64,000 bases of DNA from Eledone cirrhosa (lineage: Eukaryota): contig OZ024742.1 in assembly GCA_964016885.1 (NCBI GenBank), forward strand, positions 33,852,001-33,916,000, written 5' to 3'. The notes under the pieces were generated by a model. It saw only the letters and a program-made list of their open reading frames with translations. It was not told where the DNA came from and ran no database searches. The position numbers and the translations under genes were made by a program. Below are positions 39,650 to 52,770 of the stretch, one piece after another. Positions within the stretch are counted from its first letter, which is position 1; every line of letters begins with the position of its first letter.

Positions 39650-40822
39650 TATTTAAATTATATATATATTTAAATTAAATATAACCTCTGCATATATATA
39701 TATATATAGTTGACAAAAGGTGTAAAGTTCGATACAAACAAAGGTAATTAAAAAGTGAAGATAAAAATGTACAGAAGTATATTTAAGGATTAGCTTTATA
39801 TTATTTTTATATTCTTTTAATTTCCCCTCATCTCTAACAGCATTCTTCAACTACATCTAACTCTTATTTATCATATCTATATGCATTAGTATAATTTTAT
39901 CAATATAAATATACCCATCAATTAAATTAATTTATATTCTTTTCATAGATGTATTTTTTTCACTAACACTCTTATCGTAAAATTTTAGTCTCATTAGATA
40001 TTTGTATTGGCATTACTATTTTATAACAACAACTGCTCGTATACCTTTTACTGACCTGACCTATTTTCACCCCTAAAATAACGTTCTCATTCTTCACACT
40101 CCATTCAAAACTGAAATCTGCCTTATTCTACCCCTAAAATAAGCTTCAATTACAACTATTTTACCATTTGGCCAATTATTAACTTTCTATTGGTTAATTT
40201 TAAACCTCTTACCAAACAGACAGACTATATTAGATCTTTGTTGGTTTTATTCAATGAACAAATATAATTATTTCTGAGGTCAGCATACGACCTATTTTCA
40301 TCCCTAAAATAATCTTTCATTCATAATATTCTTTTCCATCCAAAACTGAAATCTACCTTCCTCTACCCATACTTTAAGGTTCTTCTACTACTATATTACT
40401 ATCTTGACCTTCACTATCATTCTATTGGTCAATTCAAAACCTGTTCCAAAACAGACCTATTGTATTGAATCTTTGTTTTTTTCAATAAACAAATATCATT
40501 ATTTCTGAAGACAGCATATATATGTGTAGGTATGTATATTCCCCCTGATAGTTTGTATAAATATTTTACATAGATCTATAGAATATGCATACCAACACTA
40601 ACACATATATATCCTAGAAACGATCGTAAAATGATGAATTTTTTTAATATAAGGAACTGTCTCTTTGTTTAATCATTATTTTATTAATTTATCTTGACTC
40701 TGTTTTCCGTTAATTTTCACCGAAAATAGTTTTTGAATGCATCTTCTCTTTTCATGATATCCGGATTACATTGAGTTCTTCATACGTATTGGACACTACC
40801 GTAAATTTTGGGTAGATTTATC

Positions 40823-40826
<4 letters not shown>
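39650..40826 (+). mobile_element. Diverged family D element with long-stem-II HHR at 40496-40637
   Basis: TCATTATTT CTGAAGA cAGc ATATATATGTGT...ACACATATATAT cCTa GAAAC GATC GTA AAATGATGA. The 3' end is homologous to 5260-5400 (reverse complement). Confidence 0.8.
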
Positions 40827-40871
<45 letters not shown>

Positions 40872-41060
40872 TTAATATAGAAATGGCTTCTACAGGACTA
40901 GAACGGTTTCATTCAGGTTACTCCCGATTGAACCCGGGATACACATATCTATCTATCTAGGTTTGTTGGTTCACCAGTCCAGCCTCCTGTTATTTTATTT
41001 ATAATTATATATATATATATATAATTATTAATAAAATAACAGGAGGCTGGACTGGTGAAC

Positions 41061-41117
<57 letters not shown>

Positions 41118-41120
<3 letters not shown>

Positions 41121-41704
41121 CTGATTAATGTTCAGAGCCATCCTCAGCATTCTCGTGTAGCACCCATCCACCATCTGAGTGAGTTTCTTGGTCAGTGTCC
41201 AAGTCTCAGACCCATACAGCAGCACAGACTCCACTACAGCAATGAAGAGGCGGATTTTCAGGTAGCTACGAAGGTCCGACTTCCACAACGATCTCAAGCT
41301 GTGGCACGCTGCCCAGGCCTTGCTCTTCCTCTCAACTACACCATCTTCCGTATTCCCAATCTTTGCTCCCAAATACAAGAGGCCCTCAACCAATTCAGTA
41401 TACACTGAGGATGAAAAACTCAGAGCTGTATGGGAGCATCCCAAAAGTCAGCTCAAAAGTGACACAGAGGAGACTGAGGTTAGCTGGACATGCTCACCGA
41501 CATCCAGAGTTGACATTGCACTCAGTGCTCCTTTGGGAGCCCCTACAAGGACACACTAGAAGAGGAAGACCAAGGCTAACGTATGTTGATGCCCTAAGGA
41601 CAGACACTGGTCTGTTGGAGACGCAGGGCATGGCAGCGATAATGAGGGACAGAGACCGCTGGAGAGAACTCGTCCATGGATCTCGGGAATTTTACCCGCC
41701 TTAG
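41118..41704 (+). mobile_element. 5'-truncated, 5'-inverted RTE-X-like LINE
   Basis: Inverted RT part 41118-41394 (ESVLLYGSETWT), then direct 3' end 41395-41704 (RRLRLAGH...LLWEP..G...RGRP..TY). Confidence 0.88.
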
Positions 41705-41720
41705 AAAAAAAAAAAGAATA

Positions 41721-41803
<83 letters not shown>

Positions 41804-42214
41804 CATATACATATACATAGTTGTGTATGGAGAGTTTCGTAATGCATCTATCAATGTATGCATATATATAAAAAGGGAAAACTACATTTCTGACATGCAA
41901 ATGATACGAATTCGCATTGACATATTTTGTTGGGCGGTTTATTTAATTTAATATGATGAAATTTATGAAGTAAATATGAGATATCAACCAGTAATAAGCC
42001 AAGGCATGATTGACACGGCCCATCACAGCACATTCGATGAGATTAAAATCCGTAAGTATATTCAATAGAAGATCTTTTATCTACTCATGGATACTTCATA
42101 ACTTCTATTCTACGAACGCGCAGTGTAGCGAAATGCTTATTATTACGAAGCAATATTTACTTAGGTTTGGTGAAGCCAGCGAACCATACGGAGATAGAAA
42201 TTCGCATTTATTAT

Positions 42215-42270
<56 letters not shown>

Positions 42271-42274
<4 letters not shown>

Positions 42275-42377
42275 GTTTCTACTTTTGGCACAAGGCCAGC
42301 AATTACCCAGTGCATTACTGCTACTTTATTTTATCGACCCCGTAAGGATGAAAGGCAAAGTTAACCTCGGCGGGATT
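42271..42377 (-). mobile_element. SINE family A fragment
   Basis: Consensus 3' half. Confidence 0.8.
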
Positions 42378-42474
42378 ATATATATATATAATGTACATTA
42401 CATACACACACACACACACGTATATATATATATATATATAAAACGTACATTACCATCCTCCCCCCCCCCCACAC

Positions 42475-42508
<34 letters not shown>

Positions 42509-43134
42509 TTCAATATACTAAATGCGAATGTGTGTGTGAGCGTGGGAGTGTGTCATAAGAATTTCGATCTGCAGTTACAATGAGCTGATGGATAGATCAA
42601 TGTGGAAATAATTTGCTTGGTCAGATCTGACGAACTGCTTCTATGTTTCTTTACACCCCACCATACACACTACAGACACATATATATATGCAAGCATGAT
42701 GGAGTTTGAATTTCCATACACTGTAAAGTATATCTGTATTATGGAATGCCAAGGAGATGGTACAAACACATAATATAATAAATTACTGAGAATGATAAAG
42801 GTCCTATTATACTTCGCGATATACTGATTCACGCAGACGCTGAGATTATAGCAAATAAATCATATATTATTGCTAAAACCCAAGAGGAAACAAGATGCTT
42901 AATAATCGATGTATCAATTCCGATGAACACCAACATAAATTATAAAATAAATGGGAAAATTGTTTAAATACTAATATATGGCATTGTACATGTAAATATA
43001 CTCTATAAAGTACTCTGAACACAATAGAAAAATACCAACACATAACAAAATACTGTACACACACACCCAAGTCAAACAGAGCTATGTTTAGTTGTGCCAT
43101 GAAAGCAGGCAATAAAAATAAGATTACTGAAGTA

Positions 43135-43570
43135 AGGATTTTTACTTTAGGCGAAAGCCGTCAATTTGGAGGAATGGGAATATTGATTTTATCATCAGTA
43201 GTCCTTAACAAATACTTTTTTTTATCGACTCCAGAAGGATGAAAAGCAAAGTTGGCCTTCGCGCGATTTGAACTCATCACGTAGAGAAACTAAATACCGC
43301 AAAGTATTTTTCCTGACGCTTTAACAATTCTGCTAATCGACCCTTTTAATAATGATTTCTCATATAGGCACAAGGCCAGTAATTTGGGCGGAAGGGAAAG
43401 TCGATTAAATCGACCCCAGTACGTTACTGGTGCTTTATTTAATCGACCCCGTAAGGATGAAAGGCAAAGTTAACCTCGGCGGGATTTGAAGTCAGACCGC
43501 AAAGGGCCGTAACTCTATGCTGCAAAGCATGGTGTCCGACTCTCTACCGATACTGCCAATCCACCGCCCT
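43135..43570 (-). mobile_element. Two tandem family A-related SINEs
   Basis: atcgac.cc...aggatgaaa.gcaaagtt at about 43225 and 43442. Confidence 0.75.
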
Positions 43571-43739
43571 GACCCTTTTAATAATTGTTTCTACTTTTAG
43601 CATATACTGCCAAACCACCACCCTTTTAATAATTATAATAGTATTGATTTCCTTATTAACCACAAACCGTTTTCAAAACACATTAAAACGGTACAATACG
43701 ATGCAGTGTAGTTTTGTGGAAACGTTGTAGTAATGATAA

Positions 43740-44790
43740 ATGACAAAAACAAAAATAGAAGACAAGAATGAATTTAAAACAAAGAAAACATCCCCCGAGA
43801 GGATTTGGAGAAAACCCTCACAAAAAGCCACGATCACCCTGATCACTCAGGCAAGTGCTTTCTACCAGTTGCCCTTCCCCCATCAACAATTACATAGTCA
43901 GAGCAAGCCCGTTTATTATCCCCGACACTCTCGTCTACCTTCCAACAAATTTTCAGGAATGCAGCACATTCCTCTTCACGCTCAAATTCCTTTTCAAGTA
44001 AATTTGAGAAAAATCTGAGGGCTTTGTCAAAGATGAAAGTGTCCATTTTCAGAAGTTTCAATCTCTTACACCACTGAACGTCTTTCGTTATGGCCACCAG
44101 ATAAAAACTACAACCCTTCTTGGTCTATTTCCCACTAGACCTAACTAATAACCGGATTTGTAGCACAAGTGATAACAGTTGTTTGATATATTGACCACCC
44201 TTCTTGTTACATCATTCTAGTTCTTGTTCATCTGAAAACCTGAACCATTTAACCGGTCCATCCGTGCCATGTTCTACGACGCATTTTGATGTTATAGACG
44301 CACCTCTCCAAATGTCGAAGAGCAGGTTAACCAACTTTTCCTGGTTAATTTTAGCTCCTGTCACTCAAACAAATCCCTACATCTATTTGCCGGACACCTA
44401 GCATAGACTTTACCGGGGAGGCCTAACAAGGAGATCCCTCTCTAATTAGAGCAATCTCTCTTTTCTCCCTTTTTAAAAATTGGATTATCACTTCCGCGTG
44501 CCATTGCTTAGTTGCCTTTTCAGAGATTCAGGCCAACCAATACACACGCATCAACCAGAGAATAACTTCTCTATTTTAACGGCTTTTCCATATTTAAGCT
44601 CTTTAATTGCTTTTGTAACCTTAGCCTCCGGAAGCTTATTCATCGCTCCCAGGTGCACCTTGTGTACATCAGAAGACCGTGTTTAGGAGATCAGCAGAGT
44701 ATTCTCTCCACCTCGCGAAAATATTAACAACAAGAACATTCTAAAAAGCCAAATATCAACAATAATTGTAAAACTTACAAAAGCAGAAAA
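43740..44790 (-). pseudogene. Heavily deleted older Tx1/L1-like element
   Basis: Peptides resemble the adjacent element (VTGAKINQEK; LKLLKMDTFIF...F). Confidence 0.5.
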
Positions 44791-44875
44791 AAATGTATTA
44801 CGTAATCAAGAAATGACAACATAAACAACAACAACCATAATAATATTAAAATTAATAATAATAATAATAATAATT

Positions 44876-47630
44876 TCTTTATTGGCCACAAGGGCTGACA
44901 TCAAGAAAAACATTACAGACGGCACAGGACGGTACAGGACGGTACGATGTGGGTTTTGTACGTGTAAAGATTTTTATTATTTATATAAGAAAGGAAAAAG
45001 AAAAAGACATAGACACATATATATATATATAAACAATAAAAATGAAAATTGAAACAATAAAAAATTCCCCAATAGGGGGAAATCTCCGAGGGTTACTTGT
45101 AGCGAAAACCACACAAAAGACCACGGCCACTCTGACCACCAGGGCAAGCGCCCTCTCTTAATTTTTCCATCTTTCAAACTACAGGTGTATATTCAGAGCG
45201 GTCCCGTTCACCCGGACCATTCTCGCTACATTAACCCACCTTTCAACAAACTTGCTAGAAGGCAGCACTTGCCTCTCCACCCTAATTTTCCTCTTCAAGT
45301 GAAATTTGAAAAAGTTAATTAAGGATTCGCCGAAGAGGAAAGTGTCTGTCTTTAACCCTTTCAACCTTGTCCACCACACAATCTCTTTCACCATGGCCAC
45401 CAGGCAGATGAAAACCGCCTGCCCTCCCTCCTCGAAGGAAGACGGCAAGGCCATCTGCACAATGGACTCAATCGGTAACCGGATCAGTCCTACACGCGAC
45501 AGCAACTGTTCGACATAGCTCCACAAGTCAGCAATGCTCGGGCACTGAACGAGTGCGTGCACAACGGTTTCGTCGCTCTGCGCACATCTCGGACAGGCTC
45601 GGCTGACGGCACTTCCGTGCCTGTAGAACTTATCTGGAACTGGTAACGCTCCCCGGTAGCACTGCAGGCCAGAGATTTTTGGAAATTATCCATGGGCCCT
45701 GGGCTGAAAGTTCTCCGGAAGAGAGCAAACAGCTGATCTTCTTTGACGCCCAGGATCTCTCCGAGAACGTCGTCGCTCTTCCGCTCCACTAGTCCTCTAT
45801 AGAACGCCGAGGTGGATGTTCCACCGATACTGGTGCCCAGCTGGCAGAGGGCGGTGAGCGCCTGGAGACATTCCAGTTTCCAAGCGCTATCCCTCGGTCT
45901 TTTCCTGACCCAGGTCTGCAGCTCCGTCAAGGAGACGAGCTGTGGGAAAACGTGCCTGGCCAACGGCCCACGACGCTGTCGGACGGCATGGACTTGCCGC
46001 TCCAGGTGCCGATCTGCAAGCCCACCGACTTTTCCTGGTTTATCTTTGCTCCTGTCACCGCTTCGTATTCCTTGAAAGCGGTGCCGAGCATCTGGACGTG
46101 TCTGATGCTCGACACCACCACGGTAACGTCGTCGGCTTACGCCGACTCGGATTTCCCGCATCCTAGTTCGCATGGGACGCCCCTCATCGCCCCCAGTTTG
46201 TGCAGTAACGGCTCGAGAGCCAATACGTACAAGAGGCACGAGAGAGGACAACCCTGGCGGACCGAGCGCATGATGCTGAACGGCTGCGACAGGTGACCAT
46301 TCACCCTTACAACTGAGCAGATGTCGCTGTACATCGCAGCGATCCAACCCCTGAAAACGGACACGAAACCGGCTGCCTCGAGTGCCGCCGCCAGGTACCG
46401 ATAGTCGACCCTATCGAATGCTTTGGATTGATCCAAGTTGATCAGGGCCCCACCCGTGTCAGGTTCCTTAACCACCCTCTCTACGATTTATCGCATGAGG
46501 TGGAGGTTGCCGTATATAGATCTGTCCGGAATGGCGCATGTCTGCGCCTCTCCCACCAGACCTTCGACGACAAACTAACCTCGTTGCTAACACCTTGGCC
46601 AAAATCTTGAACTCTGTGTATAGCAAGGTTATGGGCCTGAAGTTATCGATAACATCCCCCCTGTTCGGGTCTTTTCTCAGCAGCTCCACCGCTCCCGGCT
46701 CACAAAACTGGGAATGCTCCCGTTTTGCTGCCAGTTGCAGTAGACGTCTGCCAAGAGGTCACCGAACAAGTCTGGCATAAATGCATAAAGCTCGTTGGGC
46801 AGACCATCCAAACCTGGCGATTTACCCCTCGTGCAGTTAGCCATCGCTTCCCGTATTTCACCGGCTGTTATTGGCTTTTCGCAACACTGTGCTGCGGTCG
46901 TCGAGAGCCGAGGCAGTCCACCGCTGCTCCTGAACAGTTCAACAAAGTGCTGCTGCAAAGCCTCACACATCTGCTCGGGTTCAGCAACACGCGCCCGTTT
47001 TGGTCAGACAAAGACCGAATTGTGGCTTTGTTGCCACGTCGCGCTTCTGTCACCCGGGCCCATTGGACGGCTTTTGTCCCCTCGTGTTTCAGAGCACGAG
47101 CTCTAGCTCTGACAACGCAGCCTTCGTGTTTTGCGTTGAAGAATTGGTCGAGTGCCAATCTCGCCGCAAGCACGTCGGTTGCGATGCCTGTCCTAAACGC
47201 CTCTTCTAGCTTTCTGACTAGCTCTCCATCTACTCTATTTTCCTCTATCACTACTCCTTTGCTAAACCTAATCGACTCTACTTTAATTTCCCTTTTCAGT
47301 GCGAACCACCACCTGTTGTTGACGGCCGCTCCCGTCAACGTTCGCTTAACTAATACGCTAATCCGGTCTCTGTAGGCTTTACGCGCCGGGAAAGACGCGT
47401 TCAGCTTCCAGACACCGGGTCCTTGTCTATGAAGTCTGTCTATGTCGATCTCACAGATCACAAATTTGTGGTCTGTGTAGTCGACTATTTTAAATTGTGG
47501 ACAACTTATACTAGCCTTATCTAGTTCTCTGCAGAACACCCTATCGAGATACGATCTAGGTGACACGATGCTGTTTGTCCATGTCCACATTGGCACATTC
47601 GGGTTATCCAGTCGATACTTGTCAGACAGT
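44876..47630 (-). mobile_element. 5'-truncated Tx1-like (L1 clade) LINE with frameshifted ORF2
   Basis: APE end (SYLDRVF...DHK, GVWKLN), KSPGLDGLP, FRPITLL, LDQSKAFDRV, VRQGCPLS, ADDV and zf-RVT (C..C...ET..HAL..CP). AATAAA then (TAA)n at the 3' end. Confidence 0.9.
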
Positions 47631-47720
47631 TCATAATGATTGTTATTATTATTAGTATTATTAATATAATATGAGGACAGAGACCTCCCCCCCCCCCATA
47701 TATATATACGTATATATAGA

Positions 47721-48593
47721 GAGTTTTCATCCTCAGTGTATACTGATTAATGTTCAGAGCCATCCTCAGCATTCTCGTGTAGCACCCATCCACCATCTGA
47801 GTGAGTTTCTTGGTCAGTGTCCAAGTCTCAGACCCATACAGCAGCACAGACTCCACTACAGCAATGAAGAGGCGGATTTTCAGGTCTCTACCAAGGTCCG
47901 ACTTCCACACCGATCTCAAGCTGTGGCACGCCGTCCAGGCTTTGCTCTTCCTCACAACCACATCATCTTCCGTATTCCCAATTTTTGCTCCCAAATACAG
48001 GAAGTCTTCAACCAATTCCAGCGGCTTCCCGCCTACATTAGTGATCCCCTCTGGCTTCTCAACATTCTCTACCAGATATTTTGTTTTAGCCTCATTCATT
48101 CTCAGCCCCGCACTCATCGACACAGTCTCAACCTCCCGCATCAAATCCTCTGCCTCCTTCACTGTATTTGTTACCAAAACTATGTCGTCGGCAAATTCAG
48201 CATCCGATACCTTTTTCGCCCTAACTCTCCTGCTCTGAGCCGGTGCTACAGTAAAGCCAAAGTCCTGGTGTTTCTCCAGTGCAAGGCGCATACAATAGTC
48301 CACTACGATGATAGCTGTATGGGAGCATCCCAAAAGTCAGCTCAAAAGTGACACAGAGGAGACTGAGGTTGGCTAGACATGCTCACCGACATCCAGAGTT
48401 GACATTGCACTCAGTACTCCTTTGGGAGCCCCTACATGGACACACTAGAAGAGGAAGACTAAGGTTAACGTATGTTGATGCCCTAAGGACAGACACTGGT
48501 CTGTTGGAGACGCAGGACATGGCAGCGATAATGAGGGACAGAGACCGCTGGAGAGAACTCGTCCATGGATGTCGGGAATTTTACCCGCCTTAG
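47721..48593 (+). mobile_element. Second 5'-inverted RTE-X-like LINE
   Basis: Inverted RT part 47721-48312 (FADDI, ESVLLYGSETWT), direct 3' end 48313-48593; near-identical to 41118-41704. Confidence 0.9.
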
Positions 48594-49043
48594 ATAGATA
48601 GATATATATAGAGAGATAGAGATAGAGAGATAGAGAGAGAGAAATCGTTCTGAAGACAGGGTCACATGTTAACCAACACACGCAAACATATCCTTTGTTG
48701 TTGATGTTTTTTACGTGACAAATGCGATTAACCAAAAGCGTCTGCTACAGACATTTTAATAAAAACACCTCTGATTATAGATTAAACAGAGTTATTTTCA
48801 ATACAAGCATCGATCGAAAACCCATAAACATAGCGAGAAAATTTCACAAAAAAATTACAGCGTTTGTTGAATGAAAATATTTGAAAATGGAATCAAGGTA
48901 GGAAACTAGCATTATTATATTAAAAAATTATTAAGTATGTATAAAAAAAAACTCAATGAAACGAAAAGAGGTGAAAATATTAATAGCAAAAGAAAAGACA
49001 AAACAGAAAAATAAAATAACGTAATGAAAATGTTTGCAAATAG

Positions 49044-49163
<120 letters not shown>

Positions 49164-49195
49164 GTATATATATGTATGTATGTATATATATATAC

Positions 49196-49229
<34 letters not shown>

Positions 49230-49246
49230 TTATGTATATTTATATG

Positions 49247-49343
49247 CAGGGTGTCCCAGAAAATGTATACACACTTTGATTACCTATGCAGGCAATATTT
49301 ATTAGAATGCTGTTGAAGTGTGTATACATATTTTGGGGACACC

Positions 49344-49346
<3 letters not shown>
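49247..49346. mobile_element. Tc1/mariner-type MITE
   Basis: TIRs cagggtgtccc...gggacaccctg. Confidence 0.75.
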
Positions 49347-49404
<58 letters not shown>

Positions 49405-49580
49405 GACACTCACACACATATATATATATAACGAAGGAGTTGTGGTAAGGAACCAGATGCACCATAACGCACCAGAGTACTCAATACTTAGGGTAGTAGA
49501 GTGGGTAATAGAAAAATGTGAGCTCAAGCCGTTTCGACGGCTATTTCTACTTGAGCTCTGCTGTCGGGGTCATACATTTT

Positions 49581-49762
<182 letters not shown>

Positions 49763-49969
49763 TCTGTGTTTATATTCTCTCTCGTCTCTCTACATTATTT
49801 TGTGAAATTAACTTAATGGTGAAAACTATTGGTGAATATGAGACGGGATCTGCGCCATTGTATGTCAATTGTTCAAAGTACATTACTGCTGCAATTAAAT
49901 GAGATATGAATAAACATCTCTATTGTGTAATATTATATGATGGGTAAGTTATGAGAGGGAAATTGATAA

Positions 49970-50529
49970 TGGGTGTGTGAGTATGAGAGAAAGAAAGAGG
50001 GTGTGTGTGAAAGAGAGAGAGTGTGATAGATAGAGATATGGATAGGTAGAGAGAGGGAGGGAGCGGTTGAGAGAACGGGAAAGTGTGTATAAGAGAGATA
50101 GATAGATTGATAGAGAGAGAGAGAGAAAGAAACAGAGAGAGAGAGTGTGGGTGAGAGAAAGGGAAAGTGTGTATAAGAGAGATAGATAGATAGAGAGAGA
50201 GATAAAGAAAGAGAGCGAGAGAGAGTGTGGGTGAGAGAAAGGGAAAGTGTGTATAAGAGAGATAGATAGATAGAGAGAGAGATAAAGAAAGAGAGAGAGA
50301 GAGAGTGTGGGTGAGAGAAAGGGAAAGTGTGTATAAGATATATATATATATATATACAGAGAGAGAGAGTGTGGGTGAGAGAAAGGGAAAGTGTGTATAA
50401 GATATATATATATATATATATACAGAGAGAGAGAGTGTGGGTGAGAGAAAGGGAAAGTGTGTATAAGATATATATATATATATATACAGAGAGAGAGAGT
50501 GTGGGTGAGAGAAAGGGAAAGTGTGTATA

Positions 50530-50608
<79 letters not shown>

Positions 50609-50660
50609 GAGAGAGAGAGAGTGTGTGGGAGAGAAAGGGAAAGTAAAGTGTGTATAAGAG

Positions 50661-50697
<37 letters not shown>

Positions 50698-50961
50698 AAG
50701 GGAAAGTGTGTATGAGTGAAAGGGAAAGAAGGAGAGGGTGAGAGAGAATGTTTGCATGTGAGAAAGAGAGTGGGTGGGGGTGGGAGAAACAAAGAAAGGG
50801 GGGAAGATATTTATTGCTGTTGCACAATAAGAGTCTGTATGTCGTGTCAATAGTGAATAGAGATAGTAGAGTTATGATGATGATGATGGTGGTGATAATG
50901 TTGATGATGATGATGATGGTGGTGATAATGTTGATGATGATGATGATGATGGTGATAATGT

Positions 50962-50993
<32 letters not shown>

Positions 50994-51015
50994 GTGATAA
51001 TGTTGATGATGATGG

Positions 51016-51050
<35 letters not shown>

Positions 51051-51219
51051 TTGATGATGATGATAATGTTGATGATGATGATGGTGATGATGATGATGTT
51101 GATGATGATGATAATGTTGATGATGATGATGATGATGATGATGTTGATGATGATGATGATGATGATGATGATGTTGATGATGATGATAATGTTGATGATG
51201 ATGATGATGATGATGATGT

Positions 51220-51258
<39 letters not shown>

Positions 51259-51420
51259 CAATATTGATAATATCGATGATAGTGATGTCAATGATGATGA
51301 TGATGTCAATGATGATGATGATGTCAATGACGACGATGATGATGATAATGATGATGATGATAACGACGACAATGACGATGGTAACATAATGTTGATAACG
51401 ACGATGATGATGATGATGAT
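49970..51420. repeat. Compound (GA)/(TA) minisatellite followed by a (GAT)n tract
   Basis: gagtgtgggtgagagaaagggaaagtgtgtataaga units; (GAT)n at 50873-51420. Confidence 0.95.
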
Positions 51421-51437
51421 AACGGTTACGAAAATAT

Positions 51438-51818
51438 GGTTTCTGATATAGGCACAAGGCCAGCAATTTGAAGGGGAGTCGAAAGCCGATTACATCGACT
51501 CCAGTATGTTACTGGTACTTTATCTTATCGACCCCGTAACGATGAAAGGCAAAGTTAACCTCGGCGGGATTTGAATACAGATCATAAAGGGCCGTAACTC
51601 TATGCTGCAAAGCATGACGCCCGACCTGCTACCGATACTGCCCTCCACCGCCAATTGCCATAATAATTGTTTCTATTTTTGGCACAAAGCCAGCAAATCA
51701 CTCAGTGTATTACTGGTACTTTATTTTATCGACTCCGTAAGGATGAAAGGCAAAGTTAACCTCGGCGGGATTTGAACTCAGATCATAAAGGGCCGTAACT
51801 CTATGCTGCAAAGCATGG
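51438..51818 (-). mobile_element. Two tandem family A SINEs
   Basis: Consensus matches at 51438-51652 and 51664-51818. Confidence 0.85.
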
Positions 51819-51959
51819 CTTCGAAGTCTTGTTTGTATCTTTATGTCACAGCACAGACGTCTAGCGACATCCCAGTACTTCTAGGAATATCTCGCTAATT
51901 AGTATTACTGAATGACCCGGATCTTGTTTTCAATTTACTCACCCCAAGCAATGCAATAA

Positions 51960-52675
51960 AACCACTAAAATGCAAGGGGCTTACCAAGAATAATAAAGGA
52001 CAATACAGAGAAAACAATTGAAGGTAAGAGAAGGTGATGATTAATCAGGTTTTTGAATTTCTGCAAATTATAGTTGTCAGGAAGGCGAGAAGCTGGAAGA
52101 GAATTCCATAGGTTAGATGTACGAAGGAAAAAACTACAATTTGGACACACAATGATTGTGTGGGAGTAGATAATAAGTGAATAGGTATAAAAGTCTTGCA
52201 GGCAGTTCCAACAGTTTGACATGCATCGCCCGCAATGGGGATGTGGTTAAATCACAGTACCACCCCCAACGCAATTCACTCTTAAAATTATAGGGTAATT
52301 TTCCGCAGCTTCAAAACTAAAATTCCAGAAGTGTACAGGAGCGGGTTAGCAAATTGGTTAAGTAGGAATTGACATCGGTTATCAGTAACAGATGAGAAGC
52401 CTACGCTAACCTTAGCAAAGAAGTTGCAATAAAGTTATGTAGAGTAGACGAGGGGTTTGTAAATCGATTAGAATAGGTGCAAAGAAGAGGCAATACCAAT
52501 GTCTTACTAGAGGTGAGAATGGCTCATGAAGATTTCTTCGATGCGAAAAACAGGATCATTGTTTACACAGATTAATGGGAACTCTGAAGTTTGACGGCTT
52601 CTGTATCGAGATATTTTCTCCAGTGAATTTTGATGGTTGTTTTAATAATATTATTAAAAACATCAACTTCTTGAG
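51960..52675 (-). pseudogene. Degenerate CR1/Jockey-group LINE 3' end
   Basis: SFFLRTSNLWNSLPAS...YNLQKFK C-terminal motif. Confidence 0.65.
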
Positions 52676-52770
52676 GTATGTATGTATGTATGTATGTATG
52701 TATGTATGTATGTATGTATGTATGTATGTATGTATGTATGTATGTATGTATGTATGTATGTATGTATGTA

